From assembly GCA_001662655.1 (NCBI GenBank), contig KV460236.1: 64,000 nucleotides of DNA; one strand, written 5' to 3'. This document shows, piece after piece, positions 49,024-62,883 of this stretch; position 1 is the stretch's first letter, and each line of letters opens with the position of its first letter. The notes under the pieces are model-generated. The model saw only the letters and a program-made list of their open reading frames with translations. It ran no database searches and had not been told where the DNA came from. Origin of the DNA: Pseudogymnoascus verrucosus. Taxonomy: Eukaryota. Both the position numbers and the translations under genes were made by a program.

Positions 49024-51152
49024 ATGGCAGCCCCTCACCAACGGAACGGACATTATGTCCAGCAACAGGATACCTACTCCCCAGATCTCGAGCGCCGACC
49101 TACTGACGCGCACCTGCGGAATACTACAGTGAAGAATTTTGCATGGCAGGACATTACTGTCACCGTCAAGGACAATAAGACGAAGGAGCCCAAGGCCCTC
49201 TTACAGGGCGTTAGCGGGATTGTAAATGCAGGTATGTACCTCGTCTTGTCACTTAACCTACCACCTCCAACACACATACCCACGCTCCTAATAGCACAAT
49301 TTCCACTACTAATTATAACTTCCAGGCGAAATATGCGCCCTAATGGGCCCCTCCGGCTGTGGCAAAACCACCCTCCTCAACGTCCTTGCCCACCGCGCCG
49401 CCGCCTCTGGAGCCGACACTACGGGCTCAACGCTCGTGGATGGCGGCGCCGTGTCGACCGAGGCGTTTCGCCGGATGAGCTCATACGTTGAGCAGGAGGA
49501 TGCGCTCATCGGCTCGTTGACCGTGAAGGAGACGATGATGTTTGCTGCGAGGTTGGGAGGCGCGAGGTATGATTGTTCTGTTCTATAATAAGTTACTTGA
49601 TAGGCGATGTTGATATGTCTTCTACAGTGGATTGTCTAAATCAGAGAGAATGGATCGTGTAGATGGCCTGCTCGATGCATTCGGACTCCGTAACCAAAGC
49701 GATACGCTCATTGGGACTCCGATTAGAAAGGGGATCAGTGGGGGTCAAAAGAGGCGAGTCAGCGTTGCCAGCCAGCTGATCACAGGCCCGAAGCTGTTGT
49801 TCCTGGATGAACCGACTAGTGGCCTTGATTCCGCCGCCAGCTGGGAGGTAATATCGTTCATCAAGAGCATTGCGCAGAAGAACAATGTAAGTTGCGACCC
49901 CGACTGCTTTCTCAACAGTATTTAGTACTAATACACTGGGTGATAGTTGATCGTTATAGCCTCCATCCACCAGCCCTCCTCTTCCACCTTCCGCCTCTTC
50001 GACAAAGTCCTCCTCCTATCCTCCGGCCGCCCACACTACTTCGGCTCTGTCCCCGACCTAGCCCCTTTCCTCGAGACGATGGGCCACCCCGTCCCCCTCC
50101 AAACCAACACCGCCGAGTTCGTCCTTGAGCTAATGAACGTCGACTTCGCGCCCGACCAAGACGCCGCGAGGGCACAGCTGGACGGAATGCAAGAGGCATG
50201 GGAGGCGTCTTCCATGTCCGCAGCTATCGGGACAGAAATCGGAATCGTCGCCCAGAAATGCAACAATAGTAAAACAGCATCCGACGCCAAAGGCGCCCGT
50301 GCAAGCTTCCTCACTATAGTACTAGCGCTGCTACATCGCTCCTTCATCAAGAGTTATCGCGATGTTGTCGCCTACGGCATCCGCATCGCGATGTACCTCG
50401 GTCTCGCCATCATGATGGGCACCGTCTGGCTCCGCCTCGGAGACGACCAGCGCTTCATCCAGCCCTTCATCAACGCCATCTTCTTCGGGAGTGCATTTAT
50501 GTCCTTCATGGCCGTCGCCTACGTGCCCGCCTTCCTCGAGGACCGGGCGACGTTTGTAAAGGAACGGGCGAATGGACTGTATGGCGCGCTCCCATTCGTT
50601 GTGGCGAACTTCCTCATAGGGCTACCATATTTATTTCTCATCACAGTACTGTTTAGTATTGTGGCATACTGGTTGTCGGGGTTTGAACCGACAGCAAATG
50701 CATTTTTTACTTGGATCATGTGGTTATTTTTGGATCTGCTGGCTGCGGAGAGTTTGGTAGTGTTGGTGTCGTCCTTGTTTCCTAACTTCGTCGTGGCGCT
50801 CGCGCTGACCGCCTTCGCCAACGGACTCTGGATGAGCGTCGGCGGCTTCCTCGTTCCTCCCACCGTCCTCAATGTCTTCTGGTACTACGCGTTCTCGTTC
50901 ATCGACTACCAGCGCTGGGTGTTCCAGGGCATGATGGTGAACCAGTTCCAGAACCAGACGTATGGGTGTGGCGTGGGGTGTAATTGTATGTACCAGACTG
51001 ATCTTGCGTCCCAGTGTCGGATTGAGGGGACGGGGATACTGGGTCAGTATGGGTATGCGACTAATCGACAGGGACGCTGGGTGGGGATCCTTATTGGGAT
51101 TATTGCCGGATACAGAATACTCGGCTGGCTCGTGTTGGTTTTCCGGAAGTAG
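49024..51152 (+). CDS. ABCG-type half transporter (NBD-TMD), 4 exons
   Basis: Walker [10 protein letters not shown], signature [10 protein letters not shown], Walker [20 protein letters not shown]2 membrane domain with ~6 TMs. Confidence 0.95.
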
Positions 51153-51743
51153 GAGGGGAGGAATTTATGGAGGTAATGTTTAAAAGTTTTGTGAGTGAGT
51201 CGTGGTATGATAATGGGCTGGCTAAATCTACTCTGTTGTTTATATTTTCTTCACGCAAAATAGTCTCGCGTCTGTGTTAGTAGCTCGTTACGCTCAAGAG
51301 AGGAGTCTGTACCAAAAATTCAACTTGTATTGAAATTTAAACTGCCGTCACTTGAATCGTAGCTGTATTTCCGCATAGATTGTTCATGGAGCCCCTGAGT
51401 ACAATCTTTCCTACCGGGGTTTCACTGGTACCCTTCGTTGATGATTGGCGACGCTAGTCATGCATGATAGATGCATAGAACGGTGTTGGATCCAAAATTG
51501 GAAGGCGATGAAGCTTCAAATCCTTCGCCGCCACTATGTAGGGTATTCGCCGCGGCGCATACGTGCAGGGAACATGCTAGCTGCAGTACTGTCGGGTTGG
51601 TTTACGCTTGGGACCAGCATACACTTTGAACATTGGGATTCTTCTGAAGGCTTCATTCTTCCCTATAGTTCTACCTTGACAGTTGAATTCTTCAGAATAG
51701 ACCTACTTGCTACTAACCAACGCAAGAACACCCATCAATCATT

Positions 51744-54032
51744 ATGAATCACGCACAAGCATCTATTAGACGTCCACCGCAACCCCCTATCAACTTCGCC
51801 GTACTAGTAGACCCGGCCTCAGTGCTCCAGGCCAGCAACAAACTATGTGAGAATCTACAACAATTCGTAGACAATCTGGTATCTACGATCACCCCAGCAA
51901 AGGCGACATTTGACAATGTTGTCCTACAACTTCTACAGCACGAGAATGAGATGCAGCGGACATCCAACCTCATCACCATTCTCTCCCTCGTCGCACCTGA
52001 CACAGCACTTAGAAATGCTGCGGCCGAAGCTTCGGAGAAGGTTTCTCACTGCTTGATGGATTGCAAAGAGAGCAATGAGGATTTGTTCCGTCTTATAGAC
52101 GCTGTGTACCAGCGACAGAAAGATGACCAGACACTCGACCCTGAGAGCCGCAAGGCCCTCGTGGAGGAGAGACAGAGTTATTTCCGCAAAGGCCTAGGCC
52201 TATCAAACGATCCCATAGAAGAAGACACCAGCGGCAAGGGTGAAACTAGCTCTAACTCCGCGACGTTCAGATATAATACGCGCAGGTTACAAACCATTCA
52301 ATCAGAATTCCTCAAAAACCTAGATGAAAAACCTCATCACATCTGGCTTACCGGCGCCGAGCTCACCGGAGTCCCAGAAGATGCACTTTATGGACTTGAG
52401 ACTGGGACTGGAGAGTTTGACGGCAAATTAGGGCTGGATCTGAATGGCATGCAAGCTAGATGGATGTTGACTGTTGCGAGCTCGCCGGCGACGAGGGAGA
52501 AGATTTATTTGGAAAGTAGACGGATTGTAAGTTGGCACAGTCCAATTCTTTTTTTCTGCAACTGGTCCCTCTGGGGGTGTTCTCACTTTCATTCGATTTT
52601 GTAGTTTGATTCTAACACTTCACAGGCAAAAGAAAACATCCCCCTCTTCCACGAAGCAATCCATCTCCGCCACCAATCCGCCCTCCTCCTAGGCTACCCC
52701 AGCCGCCTCGCCTTCAAAACCGAAACTACAATGGCCAAAACCTCCTCCGCCGTATCCGATCTCCTAACTCCCCTCCGCGATCTCATCATTCACCACTTAC
52801 CAACCGATCTCTCCAAGCTGATGGACCTAAAAAAGCTCGATCCCGCCGCCCAGGACCAGCCAAATGCTGATGTGATACTCTGGTCCGATATCCCGTATTA
52901 CACCCGTCTTTATGAGGAACAGAATTACGCAGTCGACCAAGCCCAAATCGCCAAATACTTCCCCCTTTATGAGACGGTTTCGAAGATGCTGGCTTTATTC
53001 GGCAAACTTTTCGGCTTCGAGTTTATTGAACTCACAAACCGTGAAGCCAACTCAGCTGCTGAGCAGGTGAAGGAGGGGCTCATATGGCACCCCGACGTCC
53101 ACCTCTACAGAGTCTACGACGACCCCCAAGCCGGCGGGGAATTCGCAGGATACCTCTACCTCGACCTACACCCCCGCCCCAGCAAGAGCGGGGGCGCCCA
53201 ATGCCGCCCTCTGCAACTAGGATTCTCCCTCCCAAACGGCCAGCGGCACCACCCCTCACCCGTCTTACTTACCAACTTCCCCAAACCCTCATCATTATCG
53301 GGGAAGTCCTCGCCGTCCCTACTGCAGCACTCCGACGTAGTCCTACTCTTCCACGAGCTCGGACACGGGATACATGACCTCTCCGGCCGGTGTCGATACT
53401 CTCGTTTCCATGGCGCGGAGACGGTGGTGGATTTTTCGGAGGCGCCGTCGCAGATGTTGGAGAATTGGTGTTGGGATGCTTGCGCCCTCAAAGTTTTATC
53501 TGGGCATTATGAGACGGGGGAAGTGTTGCCGGATGAGGTGATTGACTCGCTGTTGAGGACTAGAACTGTTCTTTCTGCTGCGAAGATGATGCCGCAGCTG
53601 AGGATGACGGTTTTTGATGGGGCTGTGCATTCAGAAGCTGTGGAGGGGGGAGAAGTTGACGTAGCTAAGATATATGCGGAGTGTGATAAGCTCGGTGGAA
53701 TTAGGAGTATTGGTGAGGAGTAAGTACCCCCTATCGTTCTCACACCGGAGCAAATTGATGAATGAAACTATAGATACGGATACACAACATACAGACACCT
53801 CTTTACCGGAAGCGACGCAGGGATGTACGGGTATATATGGTCGAAAGTTCTAGCTATGGATATGTTTGATACGGTCTTCAAGAAGGATCCTCTAGATGGC
53901 GAGGCGGGGAGGAGGTATAGGCGTATGGTGCTTGAGAAAGGGGGGAGCCAGAATGAGATGGAGACGGTTGTTCAGTTTCTTGGTCGGAGGCCGACTTCTG
54001 AAGCTTTTTATAAGTCGTTAGGTCTGGAGTAA
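51744..54032 (+). CDS. Metallopeptidase M3 (thimet oligopeptidase/saccharolysin-like), 3 exons, no signal peptide
   Basis: YLYLDLHPRPSK, LFHELGHGIH (HExxH), DFSEAPSQMLENW, YGYIWS, FLGRRP. Confidence 0.92.
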
Positions 54033-54387
54033 GTTCAAAACCGTAGTTATCCTGCGGCGCGGATTATTAGGTCAGTAGACCAAAAGGATCACTTTGCACG
54101 GCTCATTTGTACCAGTGAGTGAGAAGTTAAGTATTATATACTACGCCCAATCATGGATCCATCCAGGGTCTCGTCTCAATAGTGAATTATTGCAAGATCC
54201 CTCCGTTGTGCGAGCACACCACCGCTTCTCCACCAACCAACCCTCCTGGGAAATCCCTGAAGAACTATCTAAGTCTTCTCTTCCACAAAATTGACATCTA
54301 GTCAATGAACAATCCCTATATACAAAACGCCGCATTCTCGAGTCTATAGTTTCTACCCCATGTCCCAGCTCAGCTGGCCTCCCTCTC

Positions 54388-55770
54388 TTATACGGAGCTC
54401 GACAAATCCTTATTAGCCCACCCCAGGGTGTTATCCCCGCCATCGAAAACAACAAACTGAGCCTTCAGCGCCACATCTCCAAAGATGCTGAATCCGAGAG
54501 CGTCACTGCTTTGAATCCCGCCAAAGCACGTCGTCTTTGTGATCGCGGCGTAGTTCATGAAGTGTCCCGGGATGACGCCGCGGTACTCCTCAACGCCGAA
54601 GGTGAAGCTCGGCAGGGTGGTGTTGCAGGGGAACGTGTAGCCGCCCTGGAGAGCATCGAACTTGGCACCGCTGACCGCCGACCAGTAGATGTCGACCATG
54701 CCGCTGGGGAGGAGGAGAAGGCTGGTTCCGGTGTCGGCGATGGCGTACCAGCTGCTGGCGTTGAAGCTTGAGTTGCCGACTTGGAATCCGGAGGGGTTGA
54801 AGCCCCAGAAGCCGCGCGAGTTGTCGACGGGGGTGTACTGGATCTCTCCGGTGTACTCTGACGCGTTGATGTAGCCGAAGTCGTAACTCCCAGCTGCCTG
54901 CTTCATCAGGTTGACGGTGAAGAGAGGGCTTGCGAGGTCGTTCATGGCGTTCTCGAAGAAAGTCTTCTGTTGCACTGGTTGCACGGTGTTGATGGTGCCG
55001 TAGGCAAGTCCGAGAAGACCGGAGGAAGCAGCATCGGCTTGGAAGGAGGAAGAGACCTGTTGGGCGGACTCAACAGCCTGAGACTGAACAGTCACGCCGC
55101 CAATGGAAACGACATCAGTGTAGACGATGCCGGAAGATGCGCTTCCATCGCCGTAGGTGATGTCCCAGGTTGCCCCTTCCATCTTCTTTGCAGTAGAACT
55201 GAGGGTGGGGTTGTACTCGACTTGGCCATTTTGCTGGTTCTCAGGGGTTTCGTTGGTGTTCACCCAGAGGTCTGCGGAGCCGGTATCAAAGTTAAGGTTG
55301 ACTGTTTGTGGTGGGGTGCCTATTTGAACCGGGGACAAATATTCACGGTCGAAAGCTTCTGGGATTGTCTCAACGGTGCCTGCAAGAAGTGTAAGTTTTG
55401 TGGTACAAATATGATATAAAAGTGAATACTAACCGAAGTTGACGTTCGACACATTGAGAGGTGCTGAGACGCCATCTGTGCCTTGAAGGCGTCCGACAAT
55501 GCCAGCGATGGCGTTGGCGAGCTGATCCGGGAAAAGAACATTGAACTTCTTGTACGTCTTTGCTAACTCGACGGTTCCGGAATTTGCGGTGCGCTTGTAC
55601 TTTGGGTTGTGGTGTTGGTTGATTTTGAAGGTTGACCCGCCGAGGACGAGCGGTCCTTTGCGGTAGTGCTTGGAGAACTTGGACTTGTGTCTTGGAGATG
55701 CATCAACACCCCATGCTGTGAGTGACAGTACCAGCAAAACTGCTGAAAGTAACTTAATGAATGTGTGCAT
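54388..55770 (-). CDS. Secreted aspartic protease (aspergillopepsin/endothiapepsin-like, A1), 2 exons
   Basis: Signal + propeptide; FDTGSADLW, IADTGTSLL, CFGGIQS, IFGDVALKAQFVVFD. Confidence 0.95.
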
Positions 55771-58270
55771 CTTGTCTGCTTCGAAATACAGACAGATGGC
55801 GTGGTAAAAGAGTGGCTAAACCAAAGGAATGTATCGCAAGCAATGTTGCGGAAAATGAAGGTTTATAACGAAAGAGCACCAGGAAAGGAAGATGCAAAAG
55901 CTCAGGAAATCGAATGGAAGACTACCAACAGTCTTAACAGGGATTAGGAGGGAAGGGGACAACGCATGACACTATTTTATATACCCGCAGCATGAAAAAG
56001 AGTGGATGAAGTGGGTGAAAGTGGGTGAATTGGAGATCGGCAAGGCTATGGGAGGAGGGGGGAGGGGGGAGGTAGATTGGAGGAGGCTCCATATGCGACG
56101 ATGCGATAGTTGGGGGGGTTTGAGAGGTTAAATTGTTAAAAATAACAGGCATGAAGGAGCGAAAAGAGTAAGTGCGATCGATCAACCAAGCACGGAAAGT
56201 AAGGCCAAGCTGAGCTTGCGGTGAGCTTGCATGAATTAGGCACGTTACAGGCCAACAAGGCATTGCGAAACAGTCTGATATAACAGGACCATGCAAGGGA
56301 CAGCTGTGGCCAACAACTGAACAACAACATTTCGAGGGTAAGTAAGCGCCAACCCAGCCAACTACACCACTCCAATTGAGTTGGCCGCCGTCCATTTACT
56401 GCCTACATCCCCATGCTCCAACCGATCTCACATAGATCTCAGAATATGGCGGTTGACCGAAGGAATACCGCAACTATTGGCGCAGCAGGAACGGGGGTAA
56501 GAAAAGCGCAACCGGCCTGTTAAAATGCCAACTCGATACTTTGAGTATAGTGGTCGTGGTTTCAAGGTCGACAGGGGTGTTCTATCCTGTCCAGTGTGTC
56601 GTCCCAGTTAAGAATCCACTTCCGCCTATCGAAATTCCCTTATCACCCATAGCATCGTCATTGCGGACGTCGAGGATTCCAGCCAAGACAACTGCGCCCG
56701 CCAGCGCTGTCGCGAAGTTCGGGTTCCGGGGGGAGTTGGCGGGTGTGTGCAGGAAGTGCAGGAATGTGCCGAGAGTTATATTGATGTGAGGATCAAACAT
56801 GAGGTTTGACATGTCGGTGATATACTCTTTGTGCAATGCCAGACTCTGGGCGGTTAGAGTATGTATTCACTCAACAAATGCAAAAAAAACCAGCTTCACG
56901 ATCGCAAAAAGAGGGGTTCCCATTTCCCCAGAGTCCTCACAACAACCATCTCCGCATGTGCGTGCACCTTCCAAGTTCCCTTTACTCCAGATCACCCCCC
57001 GAAATCACCGAGTCGAGGCAAGAGCCACGCCGTCACTGCCACGCCGTCCTTTCCTTGCCCCGACTTTGGGTGCTAAGGCGCTAGATGGTGATCTGTATTT
57101 ACTGAGCGGCATACCCTAGTAGAAGTGTATTTTACCCGCTAACACCCCCACGGTCCCTGACGATCGATCCTGATGGGGATTGTACACAGCCGCGTCGGTT
57201 GTTATGATGGATTGAGTGGATGGGGGAAGATTGGCGTTGGGTTATCATGGGATGGAGATCTGAGGTGTGTTGTCAGACTGTGTTGAAGTGCTGACTATCG
57301 GAATCCCTTGCTGAAAGGTTAGTACTGGACGTAGTTTCAATACGGCTCCTCGAGTAGAGTATATCCAAGACGCCAACAGTCATGATTAGAATGTACTCAG
57401 TCTGTGACGTTCTCAACCCCTCCAAACCCTCATAGCTCATGTTAATTGTTGATATCTTTGTCCCTGAGGAGACCTACAATATAGAGGTCTTAAACGGCCG
57501 ATCTATATGAATCGGGTGCGGCCTACCGGGCCATACCATGGTGAATATCTTCGCACGTATATAAGAATAGCTGTATAGATGTGCTGAGTGATCTTCTGAC
57601 GAGGCAACGTCTGTGAGAGTCACCTTTGCACTTTATCATCAGAAAGCATAGCAGCACTGTACTCTGTTCTCCTGGCGTTACGTTCTAGGAATCCCAGACC
57701 CTCTAGATCCTCCAGACCAACTCAGGTGACCTTCTATATGTTCCCGCCACAGATCCCAGAGAAATACTTATGCATCCACTCAAGTTACTTGTTATTAAGG
57801 CGGTGTGACAACCGGTTGTGTGAGAAGTGAGCGCCGCCATATATGATGGACTTCTTTGCGACAGGAAGTGAGGCTGACCTTCCCCCCCCCCCTTTCCAAA
57901 ACATGGCACGCAACAACGACCAGCAGCCGAATCTTGAGAGGAGATAAGAGAATCCGAGATGGACACTGGGAAACGCAGAGTAGATGTTGATCCCTCTCCC
58001 TTCTGGGAAATACGTGGCTAGAACTGGTATCGTACTGGCGATGTTAATAGCACAGATCATATGATGACATTCTGATAGCGGTGATGTTTCTGTAAGTCAT
58101 TAATTCCCGTATTGATATTCTCCGACTCCAAATTCCGCATATGGCTTTTCCTCGTCTAATCGAAATGTTAAAAACAGCGCCGTAGGGAAAACCTATAATA
58201 CACCAGCATCCTCATCCGTCACGACCGCGCACCTGAACCCAAACCATTCCCCATCCTCAGCATCCCCCAC

Positions 58271-59307
58271 CTAATGCCTCTCCCCCTCCCCACTCTCCTC
58301 GCCCATCTCCACATCCTCCGCCTCCGCCGCCACATCCGCATCCGCATCCGTATCATCCCCCTCCGCCAACCTCTTCTTATCCCTACTCTCCGCCTCCTCC
58401 CAGCCCTCATACTCTCCCTCCTCAAACCTACGACAATAATCGCCCTGCTTCTCCGACCCTAGGTTCGTCCATTTCCTCGCAAGGTCCTGGTCGACGTCGT
58501 ATGTTCCCTCCTTGATCTTTTGTCTGTTCGCTACGAGGAGAACGGAGCGCATGGACTTGACGAATACGTCGAAGCCGCTGCGTGGTTGGCGGGGGGCGGA
58601 GGTGCCGTTGGCTTGCGAGGAGCGAGTCGTTGATGCACCGGCCGCGGCGGCGTTGGAGGGGTTGGATGCTGAGCGGCCGTTCGCAGAGCCAGCGAAAGAG
58701 GCCTGACGCGACCCATTCCCATGCGACAGCCCAGAAGCAGCATCAGGCTGATCCTGGAGGAAATCCGGTGCACGTCTTCCGCGCTTCGTCCTCAGAGGTT
58801 TCTCCTTCGGCTATATCGAACCATTAGTCTCCTTGTCCTTCTTCCTTCTTCTCTCCACGGAAAAAACGTAGGGCGACATACCGTAGGTGGAGGGCTGGGA
58901 CTGCCATCTGAGTCCTCAACGTTTGTAGAGGTGCGCTTGGCGAGCTGCTCAAGGAGGAAGGCGCGCTCGAGACGCATCTTTTCGATGCCGCGGCGCATGC
59001 GCAGGAGGCGGATTCTAGAGGCGTCGTTGGCTTCTTCGACGGTCTTCATGCGGTGGCGGAGTTGGATGCATTTTCGGCGGTAGGCTTCTTCCACGGAGGG
59101 AGGGAGGGTTGGAGGGGGAGCGTTGGCTGCTGGGTGATAATTAGCTTGGGGGGTTCGGTTTGAAGGCATTGTGATAGCGTAGGGCCATGCGGCGGCGTCT
59201 GATCTGGTGAAAAGACAAACGGGGCGTAACATCTCTTGCGATCTGCCCAGCCCTTTGTTGCGATCGTAGTAAAGAAACGGAAATCACTAACCAGGAGGAA
59301 GCACCAT
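58271..59307 (-). CDS. INO80-associated HMG-box protein (Nhp10-like), 3 exons
   Basis: MVLPP|AANAPPPTLPPSVEEAYRRKC...RLERAFLLEQL...SPPPT|PKEKPLRTKRGR; degenerate HMG box PRSGFDVFVKS...LARKWTNLG; acidic tail. Confidence 0.8.
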
Positions 59308-59757
59308 CGTGCCAATGATTAATGTTTGGGAGCGGCTATAATGCGGATAGTCAATCGTATATGCGGTGAGGTGAGTGGATATAGGCGCAGGGTAGCCAGC
59401 TGTGAAGTTGAGATGTGACGGCCATAATTCGCGTCGATAACAATGATGGCTATCACATCGAGATTCGGAAGATACGTACCTTCTTCCAGCAACGTGTTGC
59501 GCACGCACCCATACCGCGCCATCCCAAAGTTCCTCAACGTCACTTGCTCTAACTGTACTTATTACCTTGCTCTATTTCATTTGAGTCGGCATTGAGAATA
59601 GCAATTATCTCCCACATTCCTTGGCCCCCTCTATTGCCGGCAACAATAGAAGAAGGCTTCCCGCCTGCGAGCTATGACAACGTCGCCCCCGAGCAACGGC
59701 GTCACAAACTCCCCACGTCGCCCTTCAGCTGCTTCAAGAGCCACCGCGCCCTCGGTT

Positions 59758-62521
59758 ATGACAATGAATGGCCACTTTGCTGCGGTCGGCGATGCGCCGA
59801 CTAAGGAGCAGTATGAGCATGGCATACAGGTTATAGACGATGAGAAGGAGTACAAGTATGCGCCGCGAAGCACCCTGGCGACCTGCAGAACTGACGTTAT
59901 GGTAGTCCGAATCTCAATACCTTTCTCCAGCAGACCGGCACGGCGCAAGCTGGCTTCAATTACCACCTTATTTCCGTGTTTGGCTCCCAGTCGACGGGAA
60001 AGTCGACGCTGCTGAACTACCTGTTTGGAACGGCCTTTGGTGTCATGTCGGAGAGCGAGCGCAGACAGACTACGAAGGGAATATGGATGTCCAAGAACAA
60101 GCGCGAGTCAGACGATAGAGGAGCGCATAAGATGGCTGAGAATATCTTGGTCATGGATGTGGAGGGCACTGATGGTCGAGAGAGGGGGGAGGACCAGGAC
60201 TTCGAGAGGAAGAGCGCATTATTCGCCCTGGCGACTAGCGAAGTCCTCATAATCAACATTTGGGAGCATCAGGTTGGGCTATACCAGGGCGCGAATATGG
60301 GACTCTTGAAGACGGTGTTTGAAGTCAACCTACAGTTGTTTTTGAAGGATAAGCAGTAAGTTTGCAAGATTACCCCTTTAAGGCCCCGAAACTGACAATT
60401 CAGGGCCAACCCCCGCTCACTCCTGTTCTTCGTTATTCGTGACCATATCGGGACAACCCCGCTCTCAAATTTACAACAAACGCTTATTCAGGATCTCACC
60501 AAAATATGGTCGTCTCTCTCGAAGCCTAAGGGACTCGAAAAATCACGTATAGAGGACTACTTCGACTTCGCATTTGCAGCGCTACCCCACAAGATCCTGC
60601 AGCCAGAGAAGTTTGAGGAAGAGGTACTCAAGTTGGGAACGAGATTCAGAGCAGGTCACCGCGTCTCGAAGCCTGATGATACACACACAGACCAGGAACT
60701 TGAAGGCGGCGTCTTCCTCCCAGAATACCACAGGCGCATTCCCGCGGACGGCTTCTCAGTATATGCTGCAGGCGTATGGGAGCAGATCGTGCATAACAAA
60801 GACCTTGATCTCCCAACACAGCAAGAGCTCCTCGCACAGTTCCGTTGCGACGAGATTGCGCGGGAAGTTCTTGTAGCCTTTGACGAGACCATCGCTCCCC
60901 TGGAAGAGAAGCAGGCGGAAGGCACTAGGCTTGGTAACCTTATCGTTATTGCTGAGCTTGGAATAAGTGGTCTTAAGGCAAGATCTGCTGCCGTTAAGGC
61001 GTTCGAAGCAGAGGCAAGCCGTTACCACAAGGGAGTCTACTCACGCAAGCGTGTGGAACTCGAATCTAAAATCGATACTCGCCTGAAGGCCTTGTACCAT
61101 GGCCAACTCTCCGCCGTGCACAAGGCGGGCGTCAAGTCATTCAGCGACGCCGTCGGAAATGCCGTTAAAATTGGACAGAAGAAGGGCGCTTCATATGAGT
61201 TTGCGGAGATCGTGGAGAAGGAGAAGACTAAGGCATTGGAGACCTTTGAGTGCGAAGCGAAAAGCCTTGCCGTCCCAGGCGTTCCATGGGCAAACTTCAA
61301 GCAGCAGTACAAGCTTTTCGAAAAGGAGCTTGATGAAGTCAGCGCGCGCTTAAGGCGAGAGGAAATGCGCCGACTGGCGACCCGGATCGAACGCTGGGTT
61401 AAGTCTCGCCTCGGGGAATCCGTAGGCTTGGAATTCAACAAGCTCGGATCGGGTCGTGGGGGTTCTGGTGCGCCCGAGGAGGGAACCAAGCCGACCGAGA
61501 AGGACCTCTGGGACCGGATATGGACACTCTTCACTTCCACAGTCAAGGAAGCCGAGACACGATTCCTCGACCGCGCACAAAGCTTTGACGCAAGCGAGTC
61601 CGAGAAGGAGGTCGGCTTGTGGCGTCTGAGGAGAAAATCGTGGGCTGTGCTGCGAGTACGAATCGATGAAGAGGTGATGGAAGGTAATATTCTGCTTAAA
61701 CTGAGAGAAAACTTCGAGGACAAGTTCCGCTACGATGACGCTGGTGTGCCGAGGATATGGAGGCCAACAGATGATATTGAGGGTATCTACACCAAGGCAC
61801 GTGAATCTACGCTAGCCCTCATTCCGTTATTGTCGAGATTCAGACTTGCGGAGAGCTATGCGCCGCCGCCGCTACCGGACTGGATCGGGCATGCGCCTGA
61901 TGCTGTTGTACCGGATGACGAGGAGGATTTAACCCCTATAGGCGGCGTGGACGAGGAAGAAGGAAAGAGCTTGGAGGAGGAGATGACTGTGCTCAGCGAG
62001 GCGAAGCGACAGGATCTAGTTGTGAGATTCAAAAAGATGGCAGACGGTGTCTACGTCGAGGCAAAGCGCAGTGCAATCGGCGGCGTGACACAAGTCCCGC
62101 TGTACTTCTGGGCCTTAATGGTTGCTCTTGGGTGGAATGAGATTGTGGCTGGTAAGTTCACACTGTATCCCCTCTCCATATCCGCAAAACTAACGCACCC
62201 GTAGTCATCCGCAATCCGATCTACTTCATCTTCCTCATTCTCGCCGGCATCGGCGCCTACGTGACATACACGCTCAACCTCTGGGGTCCGATCATCAAGA
62301 TGTCCAATGCGGCAGCGCAGCAGGCGTTGGACATTGGCAAGGAGCGCCTGCGCGATTTCCTGGAGTCGAATGATGCGGGGAGGCAGGCGCTGAATATGGC
62401 GTCGGCGAAGGAGGATAGTGATAATATTAGCATGCAGTCTTTGGATAGCAGGGGGAGGAGGAAGGCGAGGATGGCGAGGGGGAAGGGGGAGGATGATAGT
62501 GAGGAGGAGAGGGACTTGTAA
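59758..62521 (+). CDS. SEY1: Dynamin-like ER-fusion GTPase Sey1/RHD3, 4 exons (start 59674/59758/59764 uncertain)
   Basis: [57 protein letters not shown] hairpin. Confidence 0.96.
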
Positions 62522-62883
62522 AGGTTTTGGGATGGGGGTATGAAGGTATGAAGTAATGATGGATGGGATGGGAGGGGCGGCTGGGGGAGGGGTGGAATTG
62601 TATGTAGTGGGGTAGATTAGGGTCGTGATATAGTACATGTTTTAACTTAGATGAAGAGACATCTAGTTTATACTGGGTTACTGATATTTATGTCTGTCTA
62701 TACAGTTATTATTCCTACTTCTGATCAACCTTGGATCCCGTGAGTAACCGTGACCGTCCAGGAACCAGGCATATCCTACTGTAAATTCCGTATATATGTA
62801 TTCAACCAAAACGCCGCCATCCAATCCCTTAGTCCAACGCCAGTAGGAAAGTCATTTACCCATACACATCTCAAACCTCCTTC

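Noticed and set aside
56204..56687. Two PacC-like GCCAAG sites upstream of the protease
   Set aside because: About the number expected by chance in 1 kb.
56500..58100. Short ORFs upstream of the aspartic protease
   Set aside because: No coherent exon chain or homology recognised.
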